Source: Paraphysomonas bandaiensis (taxonomy: Eukaryota > Protista > Chrysophyceae). From it: 64,000 nucleotides of DNA. Position numbers and translations under genes: made by a program. The stretch is from positions 496,001 through 560,000 of the forward strand of contig CBFFRP010000288.1 of NCBI GenBank assembly GCA_965644295.1, written 5' to 3'. Positions 38,820 to 51,241 of the stretch are shown here, in pieces. The notes beneath the pieces are model-generated. The model was given only the letters and a program-made list of their open reading frames with translations. It was not told where the DNA came from and did not search any database. Position 1 is the first letter of the stretch, and each line of letters starts with the position of its first letter.

Positions 38820-41800
38820 TAACCATCTCACTAAACACCACTACACCATCTCAGAATACACCCACATACCATCTCACTATACACCCATATACCATCTCAC
38901 TATACACCCATACCATATTACTATGCATCACTATACCATCCCACTATATTATACCACTATACCATCTACTGTATGCCACTATACCACCTAACTATACATC
39001 ACTACACTATCTCACTATACACCCATATACCATCTCACTATACACCCATATACCATCTCACTATACACCCATACCATATTACTATGCATCACTATACCAT
39101 CCCACTATATTATACCACTATACTATCTACTGTATACCACTATACCACCTAACTATACATCACTACACTATCTCACTATACACCCATATACCATTTCACT
39201 ATACACCTACGTATGGGACAAATCATACGCGATGGGCAGAAATCAAGCCAAAGGGAAAACCGGGCCTGATCACATAACAACGGCCTCAGCATGCGCAGAC
39301 TGTGCACTCCCAATCGACAACATGGCACACATGCTTCTCACCTGCACACACCCCGACCTCACTCACATACGTGAAGATGTTCACCAAGCACACCACAAGT
39401 TCGACAAACTTCGCACACGCACGCTCCCCCATCCCTGGTTCCACACCGCCATAATCAAACTAGCAAAAGCCGCATGGAATCCACACACACCCCAGGCTGA
39501 GCGCTACTGGACCGGCCACATTACTGCCACACAATTGACCGACGCATTCGGACGCCACATATCCAGCTCACTGCTCGAACATCAGTTCCACGTTCTCGAA
39601 AAATCCGTAACCTCTATCCTCCTTCCCCTATATGGTGGAGGGCTCCGCATGCTTCGAAACAGAGGTCTCAGACATCACAACACAGACACGGCATCAGTAA
39701 CACCGATTACGACCCCACCACACTCACAGCAACGCCCGTCGCAGGATACTCACCCGACACCAAAAATACTCCAACTACTCCTAGCGACATCCACCCCAAG
39801 AATTCTATCCGCTGCAAGAGTCCGAACCCGACAGAGACAAGCACCACCACTCCGGAAACAACTCCTCCTTACTTGTGGTCGAAATCCCACCTCGACAACG
39901 AGCACCATCTACACCACCGACTTACACTCTCATATACATCTAGCCCCAACCATCCCCCGTAAAACTCACGATACAGGCCCGGCAGACACACTGCCCAAAG
40001 GCAGACCCCCCGATTAACCTCACTGCAAGGGACGGTTGAACCATGGTGCTCGCAGCGATGCACAAGCAGTCCCGAGACGGTAGCCCGCTAATAGTAGTAT
40101 ATAGTAAGTCGAGTTATTAGTTATTCTATAGATGTAAAACTAGTTTCTGTACGCAACCGTTCTCATGTAATAATCAGATATTCTTTTATATTTCACTATA
40201 CACCCATATACTACCTCACTATACATCACTATATTATACCACTATACCATCTCACTATACATCACTATACCATCTCACTATATACCACTATACTATCTCA
40301 CTATATACCACTATACCATCTCACTATACAACCACTGCACCATCTAACTATATATCACTATGCCATCTAACTATGCTAATATACCATCTCACTATACATC
40401 CAGATACCATATTACTATTCACCACTATACCATCCCACTATATACCACTATACCATCTCACTATATACCACTATACCATCTCACTATATACCACTACTAT
40501 ACCATATCACTATATATCACTATACCATCTCACCATATGCCACTATACTATCTCACTATATTATACCACTATACCATCTAACTATATATCACTATGCCAT
40601 CTAACTATGCTAATATACCATCTCACTATATACCACTACACCATCTCACTATACAACCACTGTACCATATCACTACACACCCAGATACCATCCCACTATA
40701 CCATCTCACTATATACCACGATACCATCTCACCATATGTCACTATACCATCTCACTATACATCCAGATACCATCTCACTATACAACCACTGTACCATCTC
40801 ACTATACACCCAGATACCATCCCACTATATACCACTATACCATCTCACTATATACCACTATACCATCTCACCATATGTCACTATACTATCTCACTATACA
40901 TCACTATACCATCTCACTATATTATATCACTATGCCATCTAACTATGCTAATATACCATCTCACTATACATCCCTACACCATATTACTATTCACCACTAT
41001 ACCATCCCACTATATACCACTATACCATCTCACTATATACCACTACTATACCATATCACTATACCATCTCACCATATGCCACTATACCATATTACGATTC
41101 ACCCATATACCATCTAACTATATACACTATACCATCTCACTATACAACCACTGTACCATCGCACTATACAACCACTGTACCATCTCACTATATACCACTA
41201 TACCATCTCACTATATAACACTATACCATATCACTATATACCACTATACCATCTCACAATATACCACTATACCATCTCACAATATACCACTATACCATCT
41301 CACTATACAACCACTGTACCATCTCACTATATACCCAGATACCATCCCACTATATACCACTATACCATCTCACTATATACCACTATACCATCTCACCATA
41401 TGTCACTATACTATCTCACTATACATCACTATACCATCTCACTATATTATAGCACTATACCATCTAACTATATATCACTATGCCATCTAACTATGCTAAT
41501 ATACCATCTCACTATACATCCCTACACCATATTACTATTCACCACTATACCATCTCACTATATACCACTATACCATCTCACTATATACCACTACTATACC
41601 ATATCACTATACCATCTCACCATATGCCACTATACCATATTACGATTCACCCATATACCATCTAACTATATACACTATACCATCTCACTATACAACCATT
41701 GTACCATCTCACAATACACGCAGATACCATCCCACTATATACCACTATACCATCTCACTATATAACACTATACCATATCACTATATACCACTATACCATC

Positions 41801-42010
41801 TCACAATATACCACTATACCATCTCACAATATACCACTATACCATATCACAATATACCACTATACCATCTCACAATATACCACTATACCATATCACTATA
41901 TACCACTATACCATATCAATATATACCACTATACCATCTCAATATATGCCACTATACTATCTCACTATACATCCCTATACCATCTAACTATATACACTAT
42001 ACCATCTCAC
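38820..42010. repeat. Degenerate G-poor minisatellite built from ATACCATCTCACT/ATACCACT units, interrupted by a LINE
   Basis: Well over a hundred variable 8-13-bp units, extreme strand asymmetry, and internal higher-order duplications (e.g. 525-bp offset 40875/41400). Confidence 0.9.
39208..40189 (+). mobile_element. 5'-truncated LINE (zinc finger to PKGRPPD plus 3' UTR) with 15-bp TSD
   Basis: WDKSYAMGRNQ...ACADCALPIDNMAHMLLTC...ERYWTGHIT...PKGRPPD*; flanked by ATTTCACTATACACC at 39193-39207 and 40190-40204. Confidence 0.8.
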
Positions 42011-42196
42011 TCTTACCACATAATGCATGCAGCAGGCGGACATAAAGGTCTTCAACATGGCACTGGTTCTTTCATGCTAATAGTAAATATATCTGTACAA
42101 TATATTTCAATAGTTAATGTATATTTATAATAGATATGTATTTTACTGCAAGCAAAAGACCATGGGCACAGAATACACGGATGCAACACGTGCAGA

Positions 42197-43233
42197 TTGG
42201 GAAGGTCACATCTTTTCATGACGACACTGTCCCAATAGCAGTCGCCACCGCTATTGAGGCGAGTTGAAGTCACAGGTTTCCTTCCGCAACCATTATATAT
42301 ACAGTATAACATACAAGTAAGTTCTGTCGACATCTTTTCATGACAACCCTGCGCCAATAGCAGTCGCCACCGCTACTGACACGAGTGGATATCACAGGTG
42401 ACCGAACAAACAAGTATAACATATGAAGGTTGGGAAGGTCACATCTTTTCATGACGACACTGTCCCAATAGCAGTCGCCACCGCTATTGAGGCGAGTTGA
42501 AGTCACAGGTTTCCTTCCGCAACCATTATATATACAGTATAACATACAAGTAAGTTCTGTCGACATCTTTTCATGACAACCCTGCGCCAATAGCAGTCGC
42601 CACCGCTACTGACACGAGTGGATATCACAGGTGACCGAACAAACAAGTATAACATATGAAGGTTGGGAAGGTCACATCTTTTCATGACGACACTGTCCCA
42701 ATAGCAGTCGCCACCGCTATTGAGGCGAGTTGAAGTCACAGGTTTCCTTCCGCAACCATTATATATACAGTATAACATACAAGTAAGTTCTGTCGACATC
42801 TTTTCATGACAACCCTGCGCCAATAGCAGTCGCCACCGCTACTGACACGAGTGGATATCACAGGTGACCGAACAAACAAGTATAACATATGAAGGTTGGG
42901 AAGGTCACATCTTTTCATGACGACACTGTCCCAATAGCAGTCGCCACCGCTATTGAGGCGAGTTGAAGTCACAGGTTTCCTTCCGCAACCATTATATATA
43001 CAGTATAACATACAAGTAAGTTCTGTCGACATCTTTTCATGACAACCCTGCGCCAATAGCAGTCGCCACCGCTACTGACACGAGTGGATATCACAGGTGA
43101 CCGAACAAACAAGTATAACATATGAAGGTTGGGAAGGTCACATCTTTTCATGACGACACTGTCCCAATAGCAGTCGCCACCGCTATTGAGGCGAGTTGAA
43201 GTCACAGGTTTCCTTCCGCAACCATTATATATA
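42197..43233. repeat. 233-bp tandem repeat (about 4.4 copies), each unit a diverged dimer
   Basis: ORF periodicity 42357/42590/42823/43056; both subunits contain catcttttcatgac..caatagcagtcgccaccgcta.tga..cgagt.ga..tcacaggt. Confidence 0.92.
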
Positions 43234-43571
43234 CGTACGTACATGTAATCTAACAGACATTCATGGCAGACAGGTTCGTGTCGTCGTACCTTTTTGTGTG
43301 TCCCAGATGACATCACATCACATCACATCACATGCTACTATTGATATGGTGTTGATGTGATAGAAACTAACTGCACATGGAGATGAAGTGCATGCATTTC
43401 AAAATATGTTCCTCGCACCGGACACATCTAGACATGCATGTGCGCCCAGATCGAGCACGGCGCAGCATAACATATAGAAAAACACGTACAAAAAAAATTT
43501 GAATTTGACCAAAAACGCCCCACAAGAGCGTCGAACACGCGTCATGAGTGTGTGGTGAGGACGCGGTGTGC

Positions 43572-44430
43572 ATACACTACGCCGCAACCACACTGCACGA
43601 GCAGTGACTACAACACGCACATCTTGACCATAATACATATGCATAACTTAACACACACACACACACATACATACATATAGAGGGATGGATCTTCTGAGTC
43701 AGTATCTTCTGGTGCTTAGATGGTGACATTGTTGATGACAGTGAGGAGTGCTCAGGAGGTGTGGTTTATCGGATGAGGTGTTCATTGTTGTGTGGATCAC
43801 ACCTCCTGAGCACACAGACAGACACACACATACATACACACACCTCCGAATGCTGCAGAGGTCACACCACTCTCAGATGACACTTCTTACTATGTGGTTC
43901 AGAGTTGCAGGCTTATAACTGCCTTCCAGGAAGGTCTTCATGACAGTGTTTGGTCACGAGGCTGTAGCACAGAGCCTCATACAGTGGATTGAGGAGTGTG
44001 GACTCGTGTAGAGAGGTCCAACAAGTACAAGCAGACGAAACATTATAACATCGTTTGATTGTGCACGTTAGAACACTTCCTATTCCCCCTGCTTTGAGCC
44101 CACCTGAACATTGAACCCATCATACTACACCGCAACCACACTGCACGAGCAGTGCTTACAACACGCACATCATGACAATAATATATATATATGCATAACT
44201 TAACACACCATACACATGCATACATATAGAGTGATGCATGTATCTTCTGAGTTAGTATCTTCTGATGTTAATATGGTGACATTGTTGATGACAGTGAGGA
44301 GTGCTCAGGAGGTGTGGTTTATCGGATGAGGTGTTCATTGTTGTGTGGATCACACCTCCTGAGCACACAGACAGACAGACAGACACGTACACATACATCA
44401 GATTGCTGCAGAGCTGATACCACTCTCAGA
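43572..44430. repeat. About 300-bp direct duplication (43572-43880 / 44121-44430)
   Basis: Shared ccgcaaccacactgcacgagcagtg...gaggagtgctcaggaggtgtggtttatcggatgaggtg...cactctcaga. Confidence 0.8.
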
Positions 44431-44432
44431 CA

Positions 44433-45050
44433 TGGCGACATATCCAACGACGACCCGGAGGCGGAGGAAGAGATACCACGAAAGTGCACGAGCAGGGTAA
44501 GCAATACTGCTCATAAAGATGGTGACGGGGTCGTATGTCGTATATATGCGGTATTGTTCTGATTATTGTTGTGCGTTGTTACTATACACTGCACTAACTG
44601 TGTACATATTATGGTGTAGGAGAAGTGCAACGGGAAGAAGAATGTTGTCAACATTCGTGGCGACATATCCAACGACGACCCGGAGGCGGAGGAAGAGATA
44701 CCACGAAAGTGCACGAGCAGGGTAAGTAATACTGTTCATAAAGATGGTGACGGGGTCGTATGTCGTATATATGCGGTATTGTTCTGATTATTGTTGTGCG
44801 TTGTTACTATACACTGCACTAACTGTGTACATATTATGGTGTAGGAGAAGTGCAACGGGAAGAAGAATGTTGTCAACATTCGTGGCGACATATCCAACGA
44901 CGACCCGGAGGCGGAGGAAGAGATACCACGAAAGCGCACGAGCAGGGTAAGTAATACTGTTCATAAAGATGGTGACGGGGTCGTATGTCGTATATATGCG
45001 GTATTGTTCTGATTATTGTTGTGCGTTGTTACTATACACTGTACTAACTG
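44433..45050. repeat. 225-bp tandem repeat (about 2.7 copies); related diverged sequence at 38310-38410
   Basis: ORF periodicity 44519/44744/44969; gacgacccggaggcggaggaagagataccacgaaagtgcacgagcagggtaa recurs diverged near 38320. Confidence 0.88.
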
Positions 45051-46315
45051 CTTATGATCCTTCACCTGCTTATGATCCTCCACCTACTAGCAATGTGCCC
45101 CCAGCGGCTGTTGCCGCGTCGTTTCCGAGCATAGGTACTAATACTACTGTAAGTAGTAGTGGTAAAGATGGCTATATGCGTATGCAATGTATCCGAAATC
45201 AGGCTATTCGGTTGGAGCGTTTGCAGTCTCAAGCGAAGCAGGTGTAGCTATATGAGAATATGATATTACAAAACACAAGTAATAATAGCAGGGCCAACTT
45301 TTAACGCAATAAATACTGCTAATAACAACTATACTTGCGACTTTTTCTTTATCTTTAACCTCTCAGATACAAATTACAGTAAAATAATAACTCAATACTT
45401 ATATATGAAACCTGGTGAAATTGCTTTACCAGGTTTTGGTATTACCTCGACTTTAGGTGTTACTGCAAGTAGTAGTAGCGGTGTAATTGCAGGTAGCAGT
45501 AGTGGGATAGCTATATGCGTATGCAATGTATCCAAAATCAGACTATTCTGTGGGAGCATTTGCACTTTGAAGAGAGGCAATAATGTAGCTATATGAGAAC
45601 ATGATATTACAAAAAGCACTAGTATTAGCAGGGGCAGCTTGTAACAACTATTATTGCGACTTATATAATAAAGTACTTAATATGAGAAACATTTTTCAAC
45701 CTAGTCTAAAAGGTTTAATTACCCAGCCACACTAGGTTTGGGGTAAATATCTATTAATAATAGTCAATTTTAGTGATAAACCTACTTTTCTTACCCATCC
45801 ATTGATTACACATGATGACTGTCAAAGATACTTGCTTACAACATGCACAATATGAATGTCTTAAAGATTATTGCTGACAAAACCTAGTAAAGCAGTCAAA
45901 TGCTTTTTAAACGCTTTTATACATAAAAGCAAAACGACTACCTTGACTTCTTCTTTTGATCATCATTTACCTAAAAATCGTAATTCTCCCAATAAACAAA
46001 ATTTCTTACTCTTTCATGATGGATAGTTTAGTATTAACAACGTTGTTTTCAAACAAGCATGTATATGAAATTGCTTGTCATTATCAGTAGACGTAGTGAA
46101 AAGTGCAAAACAATTGTAAATAATGTGATAATCTAGTGTAACTTCTATAATACTACTATATTTAACACCATAAACCTTTTTGTGCATAGCTGCAAGCACC
46201 ACGGTGCAACCATTTTTGCTTTCAAAGGGTGATTTTATCAGATGGATGAAGGTAGAGGAGTCTGCTGCTGAAGTTACATGAGGATCAGAATTAGTGTTTT
46301 TGGAGTAGAGAGGCT

Positions 46316-46515
46316 AAGGACTCTAAAATCCTGAAGTCAAATGTCTGCATGCTCCCAGCGTTTGCTTTGAGTGATAGCTAGAGCAAAAATGATTGCACCA
46401 TAGTGCTTCCGGTGACGCACAAGCAGCCTTCGTTGCGTTAAATAGTTGAATAGAAGAGTTAAACGCTGACTCTAAAACGCCTATTGCTAATAATAAGACA
46501 TTCACAACTGCAGTA
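46316..46515 (+). mobile_element. Second copy of the SINE-like repeat
   Basis: Homologous to 5878-6090; contains tgcttccggtgacgcacaagca (46404-46425). Confidence 0.55.
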
Positions 46516-46735
46516 ACGGTGCCATATAGCATTCTTGACTGAGTGACACTCGACATTGACATTAAGTACAAATTTGGACTGGGAAACATATCAAAACCAT
46601 ACCGAATTAATTGCTTACTTAAAATATATATCGGGGGTAGTTAGTTTTCAATGGTATAAAGTTCTTCAATTTCGGTTGCTACATTTCGACTGTATGATAA
46701 AATTTAGTATATACACAATGACTATCGTTGCGGAT

Positions 46736-47812
46736 CTAATTCCTGTCTAAATCAATTTTCCCATGATAGCCGTCAGGGTACTTTCCTCTCTCTATAGTTC
46801 CGTCTTCACTCTTGTAGAAAACAAAGCCGTGTATAGCTGCAATATCAGTGTAGAATAGAGGTCCACACCACCGATCGTAATCAGGCTTCGCTTGAAAAGG
46901 CTCTCCTCCCCAAATTGTAGTCCACAGATACTCTAGCTCCCCACAAGTGCGATCGATATGCTTCACACCAGAATACAGTCGCTGTCGCAGCTCCTGATAA
47001 AAACTGAGGGGATAACGCTCAATATTCTCTCGAGCTACGATAAAAGATCCTGAGGTGTAAGTAGAAATATACTCGGGATAATCATCTATGATATGTTCAG
47101 TACATGTTTCGCCATTTGTTTTCAGGGTAGGCATATCTATGGGCATAGTAGAACCATCACTTGCTGGGGGATGTAGGGACGAACATCTGGAGCGCACAAC
47201 ACGATTGGAATGCTGAACTAATGGGTAGTTAAACCGAACAAGATTGTTCTTCGTTTGATTGAGAAACACCTAGAAGCTATTGAGCAACTTGCAAAACCAC
47301 ACTCCAAACACACCTTCGATAAAGAGATGTAGCCCGGAATTTCCCGCCGGGTATCCCATAGAGCATCAATGATATCTGTGTTGTTCTTGGCCAACACATC
47401 TCGAATAAGTGGACAATGTCGCGGAGCGTCTGCATGTACAAATATAACCGCACTGCTATGACATTATACCAAGAAAGTAAATAAAAAACAATAATAGCAA
47501 CCTTGGTAATGAATCATAATGCTCGATAATATACTGAACATATGTTAAGCACTCGTTGCCATTTATCGTGTCGATATAGTTATCTTCTGAGGCATGAAGT
47601 CGTTGATAAATTGAAATATTCTTGAAATTTTGGTGAAATACTTCGGAGGGTGACGCATCAGGAATCCACGACAGATCTTCGGGGTCGCCATCAATATTCG
47701 GTCCACCAAGAGAGGCCACAACAAGTGAAATCGGCTGGGCAATGATTTGCATGTGCAAAAAGAGTATATGAATGAAAACCATTACTCTCATAGATAGCGA
47801 ACCAGACTCCAT
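46736..47812 (-). CDS. DUF3431-family protein with N-terminal signal/anchor, 3 exons
   Basis: GNECLTYVQYIIEHYDSLP|SSAVIFVHAD...SFIVARENIERYPLSFY...ELEYLWTTIWG; GT-AG introns at about 47456-47501 and 47270-47313. Confidence 0.78.
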
Positions 47813-48290
47813 AACTGCAAATAGATATCTTTGCTACTTACTGCACAGAAGTGGTAGTATCTCCATTGATTAAAACTTCATTTCATTGATTAAAATCCAC
47901 CCAAATGAATTGAGATCTCAGCAGTGAGATATGTCGACCCCTCGATGGACTTGTACAGCACATACGGGGTATGGATACGTGATACGGGAACCGTGATATT
48001 ATCGCGAGTTCGCTGCACTTGTGGGTCACTTCAAAAAAAATATTCCCTCATGTCTATATACGACACGGTATACGGTATACGGTATATGTGTACAAAGAGT
48101 ACAGAGGAGTACACACGTGGTGTGTATATATTTCATCTTTTGAAAAATAGGATGTGTGATGTCATGCTCATGGTATGGCATGCGACTGACTGACTCTTTA
48201 TGGGCGAGTTGGGTATAAATTAGTCTCTATCTGTGACTCATATATTCCTGTCATATATCTGGATGAATTGTATTGCCTTTCATTGAAATT

Positions 48291-48608
48291 ATGGACATTG
48301 CCTGGCTTCAAGGTCGATTGGATCACTTCTCACGCCATACGGATGTGCATGGAAATACGAAGGAAAATCAGGGTGGATGTGGAAACCACTTTCCCCGCCC
48401 ATGTCAAACAACATCCGCTCCAGTGGAATATGAATTTTCATTACAGTATGATAATCGAAGTGCGTGCTCTGTGCAGTGTGGTGCAGCTAGCTCTTCAAGG
48501 AAGAGATCTCGTGGGAGTGAGGTAGAAGGCTATGATATTAACAACTTCCAGCGTCCTCGAATAGATTTACATGTCACTAGCTCTTCCTGCAGCCATAATA
48601 TTTTCTAA
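48291..48608 (+). CDS. Possible small hypothetical protein
   Basis: 105-codon ORF with an NLS-like RKRSR, divergent from the DUF3431 gene; no recognisable domain. Confidence 0.3.
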   Translation: MDIAWLQGRLDHFSRHTDVHGNTKENQGGCGNHFPRPCQTTSAPVEYEFSLQYDNRSACSVQCGAASSSRKRSRGSEVEGYDINNFQRPRIDLHVTSSSCSHNIF

Positions 48609-49523
48609 GTAGCAGTCACGCTTGTCGCGCGGGCCTTCATGACGTTATATGTGTGTTACTCAGTGGTGTGAAATATATATATCTTTAGTCAAATCTACAT
48701 AGTGCTGTTATTAATAATTAAGCGCAGTCATAAATGTAGTCATAAGTTCGTATGAGACACATCGTTGAGCTGTTTTTTAGTGATAGAATACATTTTGTAC
48801 AGCTACGCAATATGTAAGTACATAGAACACAGGCAAACTGTAAGGTAAGAGCAAAGAAGACCACGACGAGCATCATGCCAGAGTGGTAAATACTGATGAA
48901 AAATCATTATTTGTGAACAGTGCATATTAATAAAATAGATAATATAACAATGACTGTAGACAGATCTCATTCATCAACATATCAAAATAGTAGAAACGTA
49001 GCTAGTATTATACCTTGAATCAGAGATAAGAGATGTGCGTATCAATTATCAATTGACTTGCTTTGGATATTTTTTGATTGCGCGATAGGCATCAAACAGA
49101 ATCTTTAAATATAGCCACATATTTCCCAATATAAAGTTAATCTCTGTGGGCCCCTACTCCCTCCATTTTTTAGCGTTTGATTCTGATACTACCATAAGTC
49201 TATTGTTTTTAGAAATATAATAACGTAGCTTATAACGGTAATAACTCAGTGTGAACTCATAGAAGATTGCTACTGAAAAAATACCAACTTCAATGCTATA
49301 TTGCAAAAAATAAGCATGTTACACTGATACTGGGCTTTCCACACATGACGGTGAATATCAAGCCATACTAGGCAAATTCGGGGGCAAAAATATCAACGAG
49401 AAATGTACGTGCGCAATCAATCCAGTGACTAGAGAATAGGCTAAAAAACTTCACGATGCAATATTCACATACTGGGGCATCGTGTAGCACACACAGTTGA
49501 AGTAGACGACCACAGTTGAGCTT

Positions 49524-51241
49524 CTAAAATCCAGGCTTGATATCATCGTAGTCTGGGGTGAAGGTCGCAAATGCGCCGGGAGACCAGCAATCTGCAGTCC
49601 CACTTCCAGCAAACTGGCCGATGTCATCGTACTTATCTGAGTCATATCGTACGGGATACTGCGGTGAAAGAGTCTGTGTTTGGTGCTGATGCTGTTGCTG
49701 GTAGTGATCCGGTGGAACATACGACACGTAATCTTGTGGTGAATCAGTTCTTCGGGGAATGGACTGGAATGATTCGTTGCCAGGAACCCTCGGTCCGAGA
49801 CCAAGGCCCACCATTCCCCCCGCCCCCATTACCGCTCCAGGGGGACCCATCATGGACTGCACTCATAACAACCTCCATTATATATGGTACGTGTCAAAAG
49901 AAAACTTACGTGATGGGAAGTGAGATTATCCGACTCATGATTAGAACCTCTTGCCTGATGCACTGCCGAAGCTGGAGACTCCTCCGCTGAATATCCTGAG
50001 AGGTCATTGGTATATGCCCCATGCTTAGGAGGAGCCGACGGTTTCGAACTGGAGGTAGAGGACGCGACTGCTGCTCCTCCCGCGCCTGGAACACCTGAAA
50101 ATAAACACCAAATACCCAAATTCGCCGCGTCAACACCTGCTGGTAGCAACATATGCTCACTAACCTATAGCACCTGTACACTCCGAAAGCGGAACCATCA
50201 TAAGCTGAAAGTAAGCAGGCTCTCCATCGTCCTGCCGGATTAGCCACATTGACACAAAGCAGGTCTCTTCCCTCTCACGGAACTTGCATGTCTTCCAGAA
50301 GTGCCGCACATTCTGGTTTGAGTGGGATAACATGTTTCCCACCACATGAAAGAGTTGATTCATCTCCTCGGGAAGCGTAAAATTGAAGACAGAAATGCTG
50401 CGAATTTCCTGCCTACAAATCAGCAGTTAGTACACAAGCGAATAGAGTACTATTCAACAATACTTCGAGAATCCGGAAAGCAGAGAGAACGCATCGTTGC
50501 AGGCGATGAACTGACCATCAACTCCAGTAAGAGCCATAGCCACAGCAGAGTTCATAAATAAATTATCATACGGTACATTTCCATCGCTCTAACACAGGTA
50601 AGTTTAACCAGGAAACACAGAGATATAGCGAAACAAATTCACCTCTTTGTAGAAAGTACCGTCACCACTGAACATACATATTATCAAGTTGCCCTAAAAG
50701 ACTTTTCAACAGCACACACCTTCCACTTGGCCTAGATCTATTCAACTTTGCAATACGTTCCTCTGCTAAGTGAAGAGCTTGCCTCAGCTTGATGATATAA
50801 TCATGGGTGCTATTTGAATAAGTTGGTACGAATGTCAATAATACTAGACTCACTCACTTTTTTAGTACAGAAAACTTGTCTTTCTTCGTCAAAATATTCG
50901 ACATCTACAGGAGAACACTTAGAAATTTGATATAAAATCAGTAAGAGTGATGTACCTCCAGCAAGTTTCGAAGAGACATGATGTGTCCATTGATTCTTTT
51001 CGTGCTGGTAAATATAGGAGATACATGACGTCGTGAGTGACACTGATACTCAATTAATCTCACCGCTGTTTCTCAATTTCATTAAGTTCTTCCCGAGTTT
51101 TTTTCGAAGCAGTTCGTCTGTCCAAATAGCGTTAGAGAGGAGTAGTCAAATATATAACACATGTACTGACCTATTCGAACTTGTTGTGGAATGCTCACTG
51201 ACGTCGTCAAACTCATGTATCTCAGTAGTCGGATTCAACAT
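49524..51241 (-). CDS. bHLH-PAS transcription factor (single PAS), about 10 short exons
   Basis: Manual splicing gives MLNPTTEIHEF...KKTREELNEIEKQRTKRINGHIMSLRNLLEMSNILTKKDKFSVLKNTHDYIIKLRQAL (bHLH), then YDNLFMNSAVAMALTGVDGQFIACNDAFSLLSGFSKQEIRSISVFNFTLPEEM (PAS), then a G/P/Q-rich tail ending PDYDDIKPGF*. Confidence 0.85.

Noticed and set aside
40360-42130. His/Tyr/Thr/Ile-rich ORFs
   Set aside because: Artefacts of a G-poor satellite that rarely forms stop codons.
42197-43233. CRISPR-like repeat/spacer appearance
   Set aside because: The apparent spacers repeat identically, the repeats are about 70 bp, there are no cas genes, and the context is eukaryotic.
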